Origin: Bradymonadia bacterium
Lineage (GTDB): Bacteria; Myxococcota_A; Bradymonadia; UBA7976; UBA1532
Assembly (NCBI GenBank): GCA_046290225.1
Contig: JBKAGE010000035.1
Coordinates: 192,001-256,000, forward strand
DNA length: 64,000 nucleotides
Reading direction: 5' to 3'
The notes under the pieces were generated by a model. It did no database searches, was not told the origin of the DNA, and was given only the letters and a program-made list of their open reading frames with translations. The translations under genes and the position numbers were made by a program. How positions within the stretch are numbered: the stretch's first letter is position 1; the number at the start of each line of letters is the position of its first letter. This document shows, piece after piece, positions 30,862-45,318 of the stretch.

Positions 30862-31845
30862 TTACCTCTCCGGGCCGTACTTCAGGGTGTGCCACAGCAG
30901 CTCCAACAAATCGAAGTGGTAGATGATGGCATAGACCCACGCCGCCATCACCCCAGCCCTCACCAGCGCGCTGAGCCAGGGGCGGGTCGGCGGCGGGCCG
31001 GCGCCGGCGATCCAAACAGCGGCGACAGCCCCCACGGCGAGGATCAGGATGGCCGGCGCGAAGGCCTCTGCCATGGGCACCGCCATCAGCAGGCATGCCA
31101 CAGTGACGGGGGCCAGGTAGAGCACGATCACTGGGGGCGGCCACCACGCGCCGTGGCGACGACCGCGAGCCAGGGCAATGATCAACCAGAAGAAGACTAC
31201 GGCGCTCGACCCTCGGTAGGCCCACCTCAACCACACCTTGAAGCGCACACGTCGAGCGCTCGCCGTGTCTCCTGCGGCCTCGAAGGCCGTGAGCGCCGGC
31301 TCGAGATCTCCGCGGCTGTAGAGGGCCATCCCTTGAGCCCTGAGGGCGCGCCAGCTCAGCTCGGGATCATCTGCGAGGGGCGCGAGGGCCTCTGCAGACT
31401 GTGGATCCACCTCTGCCAGCCGAAACCGGAGCGCGGCGAGCTCCGGCCACCGCTCTATCCATTGCGCGATCTGCTCTGCAGAGGCCGTCGGTGCCGAGAG
31501 CACAGCCTTCGCCTGCTCGACGTCCTGATGTTTCTCGAGCCAGCGCAGGGTCTCCATGGCCCGAAGCCCAGGACGACTGCGAGGTGCCAGCAACACGAGC
31601 TGCTCCAACACGAGTCGCGCCTTCTCTGGCTGCTTCAGCTGATCGAGGTAGATGCGCCCGGCCTGCCAAAGGGCCTCGCGGGTCACCTCAGAGTCGGTGC
31701 TGCGATGGGCGAGGTGGGTGAGGGCCTCTGCAGCCCCCGCAGGATCAGAAGAGGCGCGCTGCAGGGCATCTACATAGGGCGCCCACGGATCAGGGGCGCC
31801 GAGCAGGCAGATCAACGACAACAGCCCGGTGAGCAACGCGCTCAC
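30862..31845 (-). CDS. TPR-containing membrane protein
   Basis: Signal-like N-terminus, TPR-like helices, about four C-terminal TM helices. Confidence 0.7.
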   Translation of the reverse strand: MSALLTGLLSLICLLGAPDPWAPYVDALQRASSDPAGAAEALTHLAHRSTDSEVTREALWQAGRIYLDQLKQPEKARLVLEQLVLLAPRSRPGLRAMETLRWLEKHQDVEQAKAVLSAPTASAEQIAQWIERWPELAALRFRLAEVDPQSAEALAPLADDPELSWRALRAQGMALYSRGDLEPALTAFEAAGDTASARRVRFKVWLRWAYRGSSAVVFFWLIIALARGRRHGAWWPPPVIVLYLAPVTVACLLMAVPMAEAFAPAILILAVGAVAAVWIAGAGPPPTRPWLSALVRAGVMAAWVYAIIYHFDLLELLWHTLKYGPER

Positions 31846-31852
31846 AGGTGGA

Positions 31853-33226
<1,374 letters not shown>

Positions 33227-33259
33227 ATGCTGGTCTCTCCTCGAAGCGATGATGTTCGC

Positions 33260-35089
33260 TCAGGTGACGATCCCATAGTCACGGATCTTCTTGTACAGCG
33301 TGCTGCGATCGATGGCGAGCAGGGCTGCAGCTTGTGCTTTGTTCCCTCGAGTGTGGGCCAGAGCCCGCTCGATGGCCCGCTGCTCAGCCTGCTTGAGGGT
33401 GAGCAGCGGAGCCTCTGACGCCGGTGTGGGCATGTGATGCCCCATGGCGCTCGGTGGGGTGATCTGGGCCATCTCCTGGGTGCGGCTGTGGTTCTCCACG
33501 ACCTCCAGGGGCAGATCTTCCAGACGCAGAGTGGCGCCTTCGCCGAGCACCAGGGCCCGCTCGACGACGTTGCGCAGCTCTCGGATGTTGCCGGGCCACC
33601 GATAAGCCACCAGGGCATCGAGGGCCATGGGATCGACGGCCTGCACACGGCGGCTGGATCCTCGACGCAAGAAGTGATGCACCAACGCGGGGATGTCTTC
33701 GCGTCGATCCCGCAGTGGGGGCAACTTCAGCTGAAGCACCTGCAGCCGGTAATAGAGATCGGCGCGGAATCGCCCTTCGTGGGCCATGGCCTTGAGATCT
33801 CGGTTCGTCGCCGCCACCACCCGCACGTCCACGGTCACTGTTTTGGTGCCACCTACCCGCTCGAAGCGGCTCTCCTCGAGCACCCGCAGGAACCGCGCTT
33901 GGCTCGCCAGGGGCAGCTCGCCGATCTCGTCGAGGAACAAGGTGCCACCGTGGGCTTGCTCGAAGCGGCCCGCCTTCTGCGTCGTGGCCCCGGTGAAGGC
34001 GCCTTTCTCGTGACCAAAGAGCTCCGACTCGATGAGCGACTCGGCCAGGGCCGCGCAGTTCACCGCCACGAAGGGCTGCTCCGCCCGGCCACTCCCCTGA
34101 TGGATCGAGCGGGCCACCACCTCTTTCCCCGTACCCGATTCACCTGTGAGGAGGACCGTGCTCGGGGTGGGGGCCACTTTGCCGATGAACGAGATCACAG
34201 GTTGCAGCGCCGGCGCCTGCCCCACGAAGGCGTGACCACCGGAGAGCTCCGCCCTCAGCCGGGCATTCTCTGCCTTGAGCACCGTGGCGTGGGCCATGTT
34301 GTCCAGCGCGAGGCCTGCTTGCTGAGCCAGAGCCGTGAGCAGGCTCAAGTCGGCCTCGGTGAACCCCTGGCCGCTTTCGGTCATGGCGCCAGCGAGAGCC
34401 AGTAGACCCAGCGTGCGCCCCTTGCTCACCAACGGCGCCGCCATCACCGGCACCTCACCGAGGCCCTGCGAGATCACCGCAGTGACACTGTGGCCCCCCT
34501 GCATCACCCGAGCGCGGAGCGCTGGCCCCAGGGGCACCTGACCTCGGCTGGGGCGGGCCTCGTCGTCGGCGATCTCCATCTTCAGTCGGGTGCCCGGCAG
34601 CACCTCGGCCACGCCCACCTCGATGGCCGTACACAGCTCGGCCCGATCGATCGCGAGAGACAAACGCTCCGCAAAGCGGTACACCCCAGCGAGACGGCTG
34701 CGCTCTCCAGGGTGCACCTCCGTGAGGCCCTTGATCTCCAGCGTGATGGTCGATTGCTTGCGCTGACCGCCGAGGGTGGTCTCTTGACCGCCATGATCCA
34801 CGAAGGCGAGCGTGGTCACGCCGATGTGGATGCGATCCCCATCTTCGAGGGAATGAGATGCCGTCGGGGCGTCGTTCACCACCGTGCGGTTGCGGCTGCC
34901 CAAATCGACCAGCCGCCACCGGTTGCCCCCGGGCGCGCTCGGGTCGGGCACGATCTGAAAATGAGACCGGCTCACAGTGCGATCAGAGAGCTTGATCTGG
35001 CAGTCGTCCCCCCGGCCGACCACAGAGGGCCCGCTCAGGGTAAACGAGCTTCCGGCATCAGGTCCGGCGAGGATGATGAGGTGGGCCAT
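33260..35089 (-). CDS. FHA-GAF-sigma-54 enhancer-binding protein
   Basis: FHA VGRG..VSRSH..DLGSRN, GAF-like middle, [17 protein letters not shown]. Confidence 0.9.
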   Translation of the reverse strand: MAHLIILAGPDAGSSFTLSGPSVVGRGDDCQIKLSDRTVSRSHFQIVPDPSAPGGNRWRLVDLGSRNRTVVNDAPTASHSLEDGDRIHIGVTTLAFVDHGGQETTLGGQRKQSTITLEIKGLTEVHPGERSRLAGVYRFAERLSLAIDRAELCTAIEVGVAEVLPGTRLKMEIADDEARPSRGQVPLGPALRARVMQGGHSVTAVISQGLGEVPVMAAPLVSKGRTLGLLALAGAMTESGQGFTEADLSLLTALAQQAGLALDNMAHATVLKAENARLRAELSGGHAFVGQAPALQPVISFIGKVAPTPSTVLLTGESGTGKEVVARSIHQGSGRAEQPFVAVNCAALAESLIESELFGHEKGAFTGATTQKAGRFEQAHGGTLFLDEIGELPLASQARFLRVLEESRFERVGGTKTVTVDVRVVAATNRDLKAMAHEGRFRADLYYRLQVLQLKLPPLRDRREDIPALVHHFLRRGSSRRVQAVDPMALDALVAYRWPGNIRELRNVVERALVLGEGATLRLEDLPLEVVENHSRTQEMAQITPPSAMGHHMPTPASEAPLLTLKQAEQRAIERALAHTRGNKAQAAALLAIDRSTLYKKIRDYGIVT

Positions 35090-35105
35090 GGTGGAGTGGT
35101 ATAAG

Positions 35106-36071
35106 ATGCCGCCCCGCGCCGCGTCAACGGAGGGTGAGTTGCATCACCGAGACCAGAAATCACGCCTGCGCGCCCTCAGTGGCGCCTCTTTCGCAGCGAT
35201 CGCCATCGTCGGCGCGCCTGCTCTGATCTGCATGCTCGGCGGCACCGCCAGCGCCCAATCGGTCATCTCGCCACGGGCCGTGGGCATGGGCAACGCCGTG
35301 AGGGCTGATCCACGAAACAACAGCGCCCTCATCATCAACCCTGCGGGCATGAGCCGTGACTATGTCTATGCCGCCCAGTTCGGGTACGCCCGGAGCAACG
35401 CGTCGAAGGCCAACGTCGGGCAACTCAACGTCGTCGACTCCCGCACCCAGCCCGCTCTGGCCATGGGCGTGGCCTACGGGTACGGCTTCGCCGACAACAA
35501 CGCCCCTGTCGAAGAGGGCGGTCACGACGTGCGGGTGGGCTTCTCCACGGCCCCGAGCGATCGCGTCAGCATCGGTGTGGCGCTGCACTACCTCAGCCTC
35601 ACCCGCAAAGATCCGATCGAAGATCTCAACGCCTTCACCCTCGACGCGGGCCTGCTCATGCAGCTCACCGATCAGATCAACCTCGGTCTTGTGGGGCACA
35701 ACATCGCCCCCACCGATGATCCCGGGTTCCCCACCGAGGTGGGTGGTGGCCTCGCCTTCGTCGACCAGCGGTTCACCCTCGGCGTCGACGTGGTGGTCAA
35801 CGTCACCCCCGAGCGCCCTGAAGGCTCTGAAGAAGAGGAGTCGCCCAAGCCCCGCATCATGGCCGGGGCAGAGTTCCTGCTTCAGGACAGCGTGCCCCTG
35901 CGGGTGGGCTACGAGCGCGACCAGACCCAGGAGGCCGACTTCGTCACCGGCGGCCTCGGCTTCATCATGAGCGATAAGGGCGGCGGCGGTCAGATCAACA
36001 TCGGCTACCGTCACAACCTCACCGTGAGCGACGACTTCCAGCTCGTCGCCGGCATCACGTTGTTCCTCTGA
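35106..36071 (+). CDS. Outer-membrane beta-barrel protein (FadL/PorV-like N-terminus)
   Basis: Signal peptide, RAVGMGNA...NPAG motif and alternating beta-strands. Start uncertain. Confidence 0.68.
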   Translation: MPPRAASTEGELHHRDQKSRLRALSGASFAAIAIVGAPALICMLGGTASAQSVISPRAVGMGNAVRADPRNNSALIINPAGMSRDYVYAAQFGYARSNASKANVGQLNVVDSRTQPALAMGVAYGYGFADNNAPVEEGGHDVRVGFSTAPSDRVSIGVALHYLSLTRKDPIEDLNAFTLDAGLLMQLTDQINLGLVGHNIAPTDDPGFPTEVGGGLAFVDQRFTLGVDVVVNVTPERPEGSEEEESPKPRIMAGAEFLLQDSVPLRVGYERDQTQEADFVTGGLGFIMSDKGGGGQINIGYRHNLTVSDDFQLVAGITLFL

Positions 36072-36367
36072 TGTCTTCCGAGCTGCCCTGGGAAGCGTGG
36101 CTGTACGGCAGCCTGCTCTTCATCTCGATCCACTTCGGGCCGCCGCTCTACGGCATTGTGCACTACACCGCCGACGGTCCCCTGCGCACCGCGCGGCTCA
36201 AAGGCATGGCCACTTTGTGCCTGGCCCTCGCCGTGCTCGGCATCGGCGGCGGGTTCTTGCTGTCGAAGATCCACCTCGGCCTCACCTTCGGCCTCGCCCT
36301 CGCCATACTCGCCGCGCCATACGCTGTTGTCTGGCAATATCGGCGCCTGGCGCTCACCGGCGGGTGA
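36071..36367 (+). CDS. Small membrane protein
   Basis: 98 aa with three hydrophobic segments. ATG overlaps the previous stop. Confidence 0.6.
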   Translation: MSSELPWEAWLYGSLLFISIHFGPPLYGIVHYTADGPLRTARLKGMATLCLALAVLGIGGGFLLSKIHLGLTFGLALAILAAPYAVVWQYRRLALTGG

Positions 36368-36428
36368 GGCGAACAATGGCGAAAAGCCATGACTTCTCGC
36401 GCTTCAGAAAAACACTTCAAGAAATCGC

Positions 36429-36458
36429 TTGACGCCTCGCGTCTCAACCCGATAGGTT
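36429..36458 (+). promoter_or_regulatory. Putative sigma-70 promoter of the tRNA cluster
   Basis: TTGACG-N18-TAGGTT followed by a GC-rich discriminator, about 33 nt before tRNA-Pro. Confidence 0.55.
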
Positions 36459-36491
36459 TCCGCGCGCTCTGATGGGAGCCAAGCACTACAC

Positions 36492-36568
36492 CGGGGTGTA
36501 GCGCAGTCTGGTAGCGCACCAGTTTTGGGTACTGGTGGTCGGAGGTTCAAATCCTCTCACCCCGACCA
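36492..36568 (+). tRNA. tRNA-Pro(TGG)
   Basis: Cloverleaf, anticodon arm CCAGT-TTTGGGT-ACTGG, CCA encoded. Confidence 0.96.
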
Positions 36569-36700
36569 TATCCCACCAGGGTCTTTGTTCACCCGTTGGG
36601 GTGATGTTCTTTGACAGGATCAACGTTGGTTTTGACCAGGTCTGATTTGGGGCCTGGCGAGTACCTGGCAAACAGCCTGGCAAGCCTCCCAGTTTTGTGG

Positions 36701-36773
36701 GCGCCTGTAGCTCAGTGGATAGAGCAGCGGCCTTCTAAGCCGACGGTCGCAGGTTCGAATCCTGCCAGGCGTG
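36701..36773 (+). tRNA. tRNA-Arg(TCT)
   Basis: Cloverleaf, anticodon loop CTTCTAA, no CCA. Confidence 0.95.
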
Positions 36774-36774
36774 C

Positions 36775-36851
<77 letters not shown>

Positions 36852-36863
36852 TTTTTTCTTTGT

Positions 36864-36937
36864 GCACCCGTAGCTCAGCTGGATAGAGCGTCGGACTTCG
36901 AATCCGCAGGTCGCAGGTTCGAATCCTGCCGGGTGTG
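36864..36937 (+). tRNA. tRNA-Arg(TCG)
   Basis: Cloverleaf, anticodon loop CTTCGAA, no CCA. Confidence 0.93.
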
Positions 36938-36945
36938 CATCGTGT

Positions 36946-37017
36946 GGGCCATTAGCTCAATGGCAGAGCAACGGACTCTTAATCCGCAGGTTGTAGGTTC
37001 GACTCCTACATGGCCCA
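36946..37017 (+). tRNA. tRNA-Lys(CTT) copy 1
   Basis: Cloverleaf, anticodon loop CTCTTAA, no CCA. Confidence 0.94.
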
Positions 37018-37131
37018 CTACCCTTTCTTCTGGCCTTTTTCTCGCCTCACCCATGTGTGTTCTGTCTTTGGCAGGCGCACATCTTACCTCGGTCGATCCC
37101 CCGTCCACCGTCCTCGACGTTCATCTTGTGT

Positions 37132-37206
37132 GGGCCATTAGCTCAATGGCAGAGCAACGGACTCTTAATCCGCAGGTTGTAGGTTCGACTCCTACATGGC
37201 CCACCA
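37132..37206 (+). tRNA. tRNA-Lys(CTT) copy 2
   Basis: Identical to copy 1, CCA encoded. Confidence 0.95.
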
Positions 37207-37260
37207 TTTTTTCCATCTGACCCTCGTCGTGGCAGCTGGAGATTTGACGTTGCGTCACGG

Positions 37261-37343
37261 GCGAGGGTGGCGGAACTGGTAGACGCGCTGGATTTAGGTT
37301 CCAGTGGTTTTTGACCGTGGGGGTTCAAGTCCCCCCCCTCGCA
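37261..37343 (+). tRNA. tRNA-Leu(TAG)
   Basis: Cloverleaf with long variable arm, anticodon loop TTTAGGT. Typical position upstream of tig. Confidence 0.95.
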
Positions 37344-37409
37344 CATCATGCTCTTGCTTCGATGCATTTGCCCATCTATCCAACCCCCTGATCCTGGCAG
37401 TTTTTCATC

Positions 37410-38768
37410 ATGCAGGTCCAAATCCAGTCAGAGAGCGCCGTCCACCGGCGGGTCGAGATCACCGTCCCCGCCGCCGTGGTGAACAAGCAGGTCCAGGCGG
37501 CTTACAGCCGTCTCGCCAAGCGGGTCAACATCCCCGGTTTTCGTCGGGGCAAGGTGCCCATGAGCGTGCTGCGCAAGCGCTACCAGGGTCAGGTGGTCGC
37601 CGACGTCACCAACCAGATCGTCGACGATGCATGGCAGAGCGCCATGGAGCAGCACAACATCACCCCCGTGGCACGCCCCGAGTGGGAGGTGGGCCCCATC
37701 AAGCCTTCCGAAGAGTACAGCTTCACCGTGAAGGTGGAGGTTCCCCCCGACATCGAGCTGAAGCCCTTCGAAGAGCTCGCCATCGAGATGGACGAGTACA
37801 CCTTCGAGGACAGCCACATCGAGCATGAGCTCGAGCACCTGCTTGAGCAGGCCGTCGAGTGGCAGACCATCGAGGATCGCGACGTCGCCGAGACCGGTGA
37901 TCGCATCGTCTTCGATTTCAACGGCAGCATCGACGACGTGCCCTTCGAGGGCGGCACCGCTCAGGGCGTCACCCTCGAGCTCGGCAGCGGCCAGTTCATC
38001 CCTGGCTTCGAGGAGCAGGTCGTCGGCAAGAAGGTGGGCGAAGACTTCACCATCGACGTCACCTTCCCCGAGGACTACCACGCCGATCAGCTGGCCGGTC
38101 AGGCCGCTCAGTTCGCCTGCAAGATCCACGAGCTCAAGGGCAAGGTGACCCCCGAGCTCGACGACGAGCTGGCCAAGAAGTTCGGCGCCGAAGACGTGGA
38201 AGACCTGCGGACCAAGGTCCGCGACGGCTTCGCCAACCGTTGGGAGAACGTGGCCAAGCGCGACGTCTTCGACGAGCTGCGGGGCCTCGTGGGCAAGCAG
38301 TACGACTTCGAGCTGCCCCCCACCCTCTTCGAGCGTCGTATCGAAGAGCTCAAGCAGCAGCAGGCCCAGGCCGAAGCCCAAAAGGCTGCGCAGGGTGAAT
38401 CCGGCGAGGAGGGCGAGGCGTCTTCCGATGAGGCCAAGAGCGAGGAGCAGCTCAAAGCCGACGCCGAGATCGAGCTGCGTTGTGAACTGGTTCTGGACAC
38501 CATCGTGGATCAGAACAACATTGAAGCCGACGAGCGCGAGATCAACGCCGCCATCGAGGCCACTGTTCAGCAGATGCCCCAGATGGCGATGCAGCTCCGT
38601 CAGTACTTCCGTCGTCCGGAACAAAGGGCTGGAATCGCCCGTTCGATCCGTCACGACAAGGCGCTCGATCTCGTGCTATCGAAAGCCACTGTGACCCGGA
38701 ACCCCAAGGCGGTTCCTGAGCATAACCACGATCACGATCACGACGATCACGATCACGATAACGACTGA
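37410..38768 (+). CDS. tig: Trigger factor
   Basis: [10 protein letters not shown] ribosome-binding motif, [12 protein letters not shown] and VTFPEDYH. Confidence 0.96.
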   Translation: MQVQIQSESAVHRRVEITVPAAVVNKQVQAAYSRLAKRVNIPGFRRGKVPMSVLRKRYQGQVVADVTNQIVDDAWQSAMEQHNITPVARPEWEVGPIKPSEEYSFTVKVEVPPDIELKPFEELAIEMDEYTFEDSHIEHELEHLLEQAVEWQTIEDRDVAETGDRIVFDFNGSIDDVPFEGGTAQGVTLELGSGQFIPGFEEQVVGKKVGEDFTIDVTFPEDYHADQLAGQAAQFACKIHELKGKVTPELDDELAKKFGAEDVEDLRTKVRDGFANRWENVAKRDVFDELRGLVGKQYDFELPPTLFERRIEELKQQQAQAEAQKAAQGESGEEGEASSDEAKSEEQLKADAEIELRCELVLDTIVDQNNIEADEREINAAIEATVQQMPQMAMQLRQYFRRPEQRAGIARSIRHDKALDLVLSKATVTRNPKAVPEHNHDHDHDDHDHDND

Positions 38769-38817
38769 TTCGGGCACCGATGAGGGCTCGAATCTTCGGC
38801 GTTCAAGGAAGACACCG

Positions 38818-39468
<651 letters not shown>

Positions 39469-39557
39469 TCAGCATCTGCTCGGTGATCGAGCAGACACCC
39501 GCTCAAACCCGGCGACCTCAACCGTCCTGGCGTGTCTGACCCTTGGGGTTTATGCCC

Positions 39558-39602
39558 CAGTGTATTTTGGGACACTGCATTTTGGGACATTGTCTTCTGG
39601 GC
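39558..39602. repeat. Three imperfect 15-bp tandem repeats in the clpP-clpX spacer
   Basis: CAGTGTATTTTGGGA / CACTGCATTTTGGGA / CATTGTCTTCTGGGC. Confidence 0.55.
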
Positions 39603-39763
39603 CCACGTGCTTAGGGATGATCCGTTGGCGTCGGACTGAGAGGACCTCTGAAGGGTCAATCTCGACGAGCCCTTCAGGTCTCCCCCCCTCGGGACCGAAC
39701 ATACATCTTATAGCCCTATGCGGGTTCGACCGAGCGTCGAGCCCCGACCCATCGAGGTGATCG

Positions 39764-41020
<1,257 letters not shown>

Positions 41021-41102
41021 GCCCCAGGGCAAGCCTCTAAACTCGCCAACATTTTGACTCTTCTGATGTACCGACAGCGCTGATCACAGAGAGCAAAGCG
41101 AT

Positions 41103-43550
41103 ATGTCCATGTTCTTCAAGAGCGACGACCCCAATCAACAGACCCGTACACTCCCGCTGCTGCCGCTGCGGGACATCATCGTGTTTCCGCACATGGTGGT
41201 GCCACTCTTCGTGGGCCGGGAGAAGTCGATCAACAGCCTCGAAGAGGCCATGGCCACCGGTAAAGATCTGCTCCTCGCGGCGCAGAAGATGGCCAAGACG
41301 AACGACCCGAAGCCTGAAGACATCTTCAGCGTGGGTACGATCGGCACCATCATCCAGCTGCTGCGACTGCCCGACGGCACCGTGAAGGTGCTCATCGAGG
41401 GCAAGCGCCGGGCCCGCATCACGAACTATGTGGAGACCCAGGAGCTCTTCAAGGTCGAGGCGGAGGAGATCGAGGAGAAGATCTCCAAGAACGTGGAGCT
41501 CGAGGCGCTGATGCGTCAGGTGCACGCCACCTTCGAGAACTACGTCAAGCTCAACAAGCGGATCCCCCCGGAGATGCAGGTAGCGGTGTCGAGCATCGAC
41601 GATCCGGCGAAGCTCGCCGACTCCATCGTGGCTCACCTGAACCTGAAGCTCTCCGACAAGCAGGGCATTCTGGAGACCGAAGATCCTGCGGTGCGCCTCG
41701 AGAAGCTCTATGAGCTGATGCAGTCGGAGATCGAGATTTTGCAGGTCGAGAAGAAGATCCGCAGCCGGGTGAAGAAGCAGATGGAGAAGTCCCAGAAAGA
41801 GTACTACCTGAATGAGCAGATGCAGGCCATTCAGAAGGAGCTCGGGGACCGTGATGAGTTCAAGAACGAGCTGCAAGAGCTCGAAGAACGCATCAACAAC
41901 AAGAAGATGCCCAAAGAGGCAAACATCAAGATCCGCAAAGAGCTGAAGAAGCTCAAGATGATGAGCCCGATGAGCGCCGAGGCGACCGTCGTGCGCAACT
42001 ACATCGACTGGATCTTGTCCCTGCCTTGGTACAACACCAGCACCGACAAGGCCGACATCGAGGCCGCTGCGGAGATCCTCGACGCGGATCACTATGGGCT
42101 GCGCAAGCCCAAGGATCGCATCCTGGAGTACCTGGCTGTTTACGGCCTCGTAGAGAAGATGCAGGGCCCCGTGCTTTGCATGGTGGGCCCCCCCGGTGTG
42201 GGTAAGACCTCACTGGCCCGCTCCATCGCCCGCTGCACCGGCCGCGAGTTCGTGCGTCTGGCCCTTGGTGGTGTACGCGACGAGGCTGAGATCCGCGGTC
42301 ACCGCCGTACGTACATCGGCGCCATGCCCGGCAAGATCATCCAGAGCCTCAAGAAGGCCGGCACCAGCAACCCGGTCATCCTGCTCGACGAGATCGACAA
42401 GATGAGCACCGACTTCCGTGGTGATCCGTCTTCGGCTCTGCTCGAGGTGCTCGATCCGGAGCAGAACGACAGCTTCAACGATCACTACCTCGATCTCGAC
42501 TACGACCTGTCACAGGTGATGTTCATCACCACGGCGAACAACATCCACGGCATCCCCCTGCCCCTGCAGGACCGCCTCGAGATCATCTCGCTCTCGGGCT
42601 ACACCGAGTACGAGAAGCTCAACATCTCCAAGCGCTACCTGGTGCCCAAGCAGATGGAGCGCAACGGCATCGAGAAGGCCAACGTGCAGTGGACCGACGC
42701 CTCGCTGCAGCTTCTCATCAACCGCTACACCCGCGAGAGCGGGGTGCGTAGCCTCGAGCGTGAGGTGGCGGGTGTTTGCCGCAAGGTGGCAAAGGATCTC
42801 CTGACCTTCCGCAACGACGGCAACGACGTGGAAGACTTCGAAATGAAGATCTCCACGCGGCAGGTGCAGAAGTACATGGGTCCGCCGAAGTTCAAGTTCG
42901 GCAAGACCGAGGGCCAGGACGAGATCGGCCTGGTGAATGGTCTGGCCTGGACCATGGTGGGCGGCAACATCCTGCACACCGAGGTCTCGATGATGCCCGG
43001 TAAGGGCAAGCTGATCATCACCGGCAAGCTCGGTGACGTGATGCAGGAGTCGGCTCAGGCGGCCATGAGCTACGTGCGCAGCCGCGCCGAGGCTCTGGGC
43101 CTTAAGGGCGACTTCTACCAGGACGTCGACCTGCACATTCACTTCCCCGAAGGCGCGATCCCCAAGGACGGCCCTTCGGCGGGCATCACCATGGCCACGG
43201 CCCTGGTGTCGGCCCTGTGCAAGCTCCCGGCCCGCCACGACGTGGCCATGACCGGTGAGATCACGCTCCGCGGTCGAGTGCTGCCCATCGGCGGCCTCAA
43301 GGAGAAGGTGCTGGCGGCCCACCGCGGTGGCATCCGCACGGTCATCATCCCCAAGGAGAACAAGAAGGACATCAAGGACATCCCGCAGCGGGTGCGCAAC
43401 GTGATGCGCATCGTGCTGGCGGAGCACGCCGATGAGGTCCTGACTGAGGCGCTGCGCCACGAGGGCCAGCTCTGGAAGGGCACTGAGGCGGCGAAGATGG
43501 ACGAGGCTGCGAACCCGCCCATCGAGAAGGGTCAGGTGCCCTCGGTCTGA
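41103..43550 (+). CDS. lon: Lon protease
   Basis: LPLLPLRD N-domain, [17 protein letters not shown] catalytic Ser, IGGLKEK. Confidence 0.97.
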   Translation: MSMFFKSDDPNQQTRTLPLLPLRDIIVFPHMVVPLFVGREKSINSLEEAMATGKDLLLAAQKMAKTNDPKPEDIFSVGTIGTIIQLLRLPDGTVKVLIEGKRRARITNYVETQELFKVEAEEIEEKISKNVELEALMRQVHATFENYVKLNKRIPPEMQVAVSSIDDPAKLADSIVAHLNLKLSDKQGILETEDPAVRLEKLYELMQSEIEILQVEKKIRSRVKKQMEKSQKEYYLNEQMQAIQKELGDRDEFKNELQELEERINNKKMPKEANIKIRKELKKLKMMSPMSAEATVVRNYIDWILSLPWYNTSTDKADIEAAAEILDADHYGLRKPKDRILEYLAVYGLVEKMQGPVLCMVGPPGVGKTSLARSIARCTGREFVRLALGGVRDEAEIRGHRRTYIGAMPGKIIQSLKKAGTSNPVILLDEIDKMSTDFRGDPSSALLEVLDPEQNDSFNDHYLDLDYDLSQVMFITTANNIHGIPLPLQDRLEIISLSGYTEYEKLNISKRYLVPKQMERNGIEKANVQWTDASLQLLINRYTRESGVRSLEREVAGVCRKVAKDLLTFRNDGNDVEDFEMKISTRQVQKYMGPPKFKFGKTEGQDEIGLVNGLAWTMVGGNILHTEVSMMPGKGKLIITGKLGDVMQESAQAAMSYVRSRAEALGLKGDFYQDVDLHIHFPEGAIPKDGPSAGITMATALVSALCKLPARHDVAMTGEITLRGRVLPIGGLKEKVLAAHRGGIRTVIIPKENKKDIKDIPQRVRNVMRIVLAEHADEVLTEALRHEGQLWKGTEAAKMDEAANPPIEKGQVPSV

Positions 43551-43679
43551 GCGGACGACCGTGCCTTCGGCACCGTCTGTAGCGGACGGCCGTGCTGCGC
43601 ACCGCCTGTAGCGGACGCCTCGCCTTCGGCGAGAGCTGTAGCGGACGCCGAGTCTGCCTTCGGCAGCCTGAGCTGTAGC
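43550..43679. repeat. Tandem GTAG-type REP-like hairpin array (4 units)
   Basis: A constant (CTGT)AGCGGACG junction separates variable hairpins, three of them with CTTCGG caps. Lies between convergent genes. Confidence 0.75.
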
Positions 43680-43726
43680 TTTTTAAGAGAGTTGAGGGGG
43701 TGTTGAGCCCCCACCTGCCTTGTTCT

Positions 43727-44248
43727 TCAGTTCAGCCTTATCTTCAGATTCATCTCCTGCTTCATGTGCAGCAGCGCCTCGGCGTTGCCCCGCGCGTCGT
43801 CCACCGGATGGTGGGTGTGCTTTGTTTTGCGCAGGTGCTTGAAGGTCTTGAAGGTGTCACCCACGAGACCTTTGTAGAGCGAGCCCAGGTTCTGGGAGCT
43901 GAAGCCGAAAGGGTTGTGGCCCAGGAAGTGGTGGAAGTACCAGTTCACGAAGCCCCAATCGAAGCCGTTGTTGTCGGAGATGAAGAGCTTGCGCCCTCGA
44001 CACTCAGCTTCGAGCCATTCGGCAAACTGCGCCATGACAGCAGCAGGCTCGGGGAATGCCAGGGTCTGCTCCCGGGTGAAGCCGCTCACGGCGAGGGCCT
44101 CGGGGATCCATCGATCCGAGATGGGCTGTAGCTGACCATAGAAGGTCCGGCTGAGCCCAGGCTCGACGATCACCGCGCCAAAGCACACCATGGAGTAGTC
44201 ACCGGGAATCGGACCGTCCGATTCGATATCGACCATTACGTAACTCAT
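43727..44248 (-). CDS. DEDDh 3'-5' exo(ribo)nuclease (RNase AS/Rv2179c-like)
   Basis: MVDIESDGP, NNGFDWGF, HHPVDDA. ATG at 44248. Confidence 0.8.
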   Translation of the reverse strand: MSYVMVDIESDGPIPGDYSMVCFGAVIVEPGLSRTFYGQLQPISDRWIPEALAVSGFTREQTLAFPEPAAVMAQFAEWLEAECRGRKLFISDNNGFDWGFVNWYFHHFLGHNPFGFSSQNLGSLYKGLVGDTFKTFKHLRKTKHTHHPVDDARGNAEALLHMKQEMNLKIRLN

Positions 44249-44278
44249 GGCTGCATTGGGCCACAGGGGGAGCGCGCA

Positions 44279-45301
44279 GTGCCAGGACACGATCTCGGAC
44301 ATGGTCCGCCGACGGGCCTCGACTGGAAGCAGTACGTGAGCCACTTCGTCGCCGAGGCAGGTGGGTGGGCGGCTCTGGCGGATACTTTCGTGGACCGCGC
44401 GGCTGGTGTGGTCGACACCCCGCTGGACATTCAGTCTGTAGAGAAGGGTCTGCGTCGACTGGCGGCGAGGGCGCACCGCCCAGGTGGCCAGTACGGGCGC
44501 TGGATGCTGCGCTTCTTCGGCGTGCCGTCAGAGGCCGAGATCTGGGCCCGCTGGCTCGCTCAGTATCACGGCCGGTTTGCCGACTTGCCCACGTCAGTTC
44601 GACTCGAGCAGCTGCGGCAGTGGGATCGACCGCCGGTGTCGGAGTCGCCGGTGGCGGCCTGGGTTCACGTGGGGATGGCGTCGGTGCACCATCGCATGCG
44701 GGATCTCGACGCGTGCACTGGGAGATTGGCAGCAGCCATGCGCGTGGCTCGCAACGCGGGGGCTGCTGCGCAATCGGAGATCAAACTGCTGCAGGCTCGC
44801 ATCGCCACCGACGGCCGGGATCGCGACGTGGCTTGCCAGCTCTTCGACGAGGTCGATGCGCTCATTGGCAACGACACGCTCACGGCGACTGATCGTCTCT
44901 GTTACCGCGCCCGGCTCAACGGCCAGCGCGCCTACCACCTCACCAGGCCTTTGCCGGGTGACACGGCTGACTATGCAGGCGCCATCGAGCTGTTCGAGGC
45001 CATCGAAGAAGATCCGATGGTGCCCTTTGCGTGTTTCAGGCGAAATTCAGGGCTCGCGTGGTGCACCTGGAAGCTCGGAGACGCCGCTGAAGGTGCCCGG
45101 CTTGCACAGATCGCAGCAGAATATGCCGGGGATGGGGGCTTCATCCGGTTTCGGATCATGGCCCTCAACATGCTGAGTCAGATGGTGACCCCAAAAGAGG
45201 GCCGCGAGATCACTCAGAGAGCGACGCGGCTGGCCAAAATGCTCGAAGACGACGACCTGCTGGCTCGGGTGGCTCATCGAATTCGAGCGTTGGGGCGCTG
45301 A
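44279..45301 (+). CDS. Hypothetical alpha-helical/TPR-like protein
   Basis: 340-aa ORF with plausible codon usage and no recognisable catalytic motif. Start uncertain. Confidence 0.6.
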   Translation: MPGHDLGHGPPTGLDWKQYVSHFVAEAGGWAALADTFVDRAAGVVDTPLDIQSVEKGLRRLAARAHRPGGQYGRWMLRFFGVPSEAEIWARWLAQYHGRFADLPTSVRLEQLRQWDRPPVSESPVAAWVHVGMASVHHRMRDLDACTGRLAAAMRVARNAGAAAQSEIKLLQARIATDGRDRDVACQLFDEVDALIGNDTLTATDRLCYRARLNGQRAYHLTRPLPGDTADYAGAIELFEAIEEDPMVPFACFRRNSGLAWCTWKLGDAAEGARLAQIAAEYAGDGGFIRFRIMALNMLSQMVTPKEGREITQRATRLAKMLEDDDLLARVAHRIRALGR

Positions 45302-45318
45302 GCGCACACATGCACGTG

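Noticed and set aside
36946..37206. Duplicated tRNA-Lys as attL/attR of an integrated element
   Set aside because: Both copies are full length, only 114 nt apart, with no integrase or cargo.
43550..43679. Mini CRISPR array
   Set aside because: The constant part is only 12 nt, the spacers are related self-complementary hairpins, and there are no cas genes.
43727..44248. DEDDh exonuclease as part of the Ro60 system
   Set aside because: It is about 3.7 kb away on the opposite strand with unrelated genes in between; no evidence of linkage.
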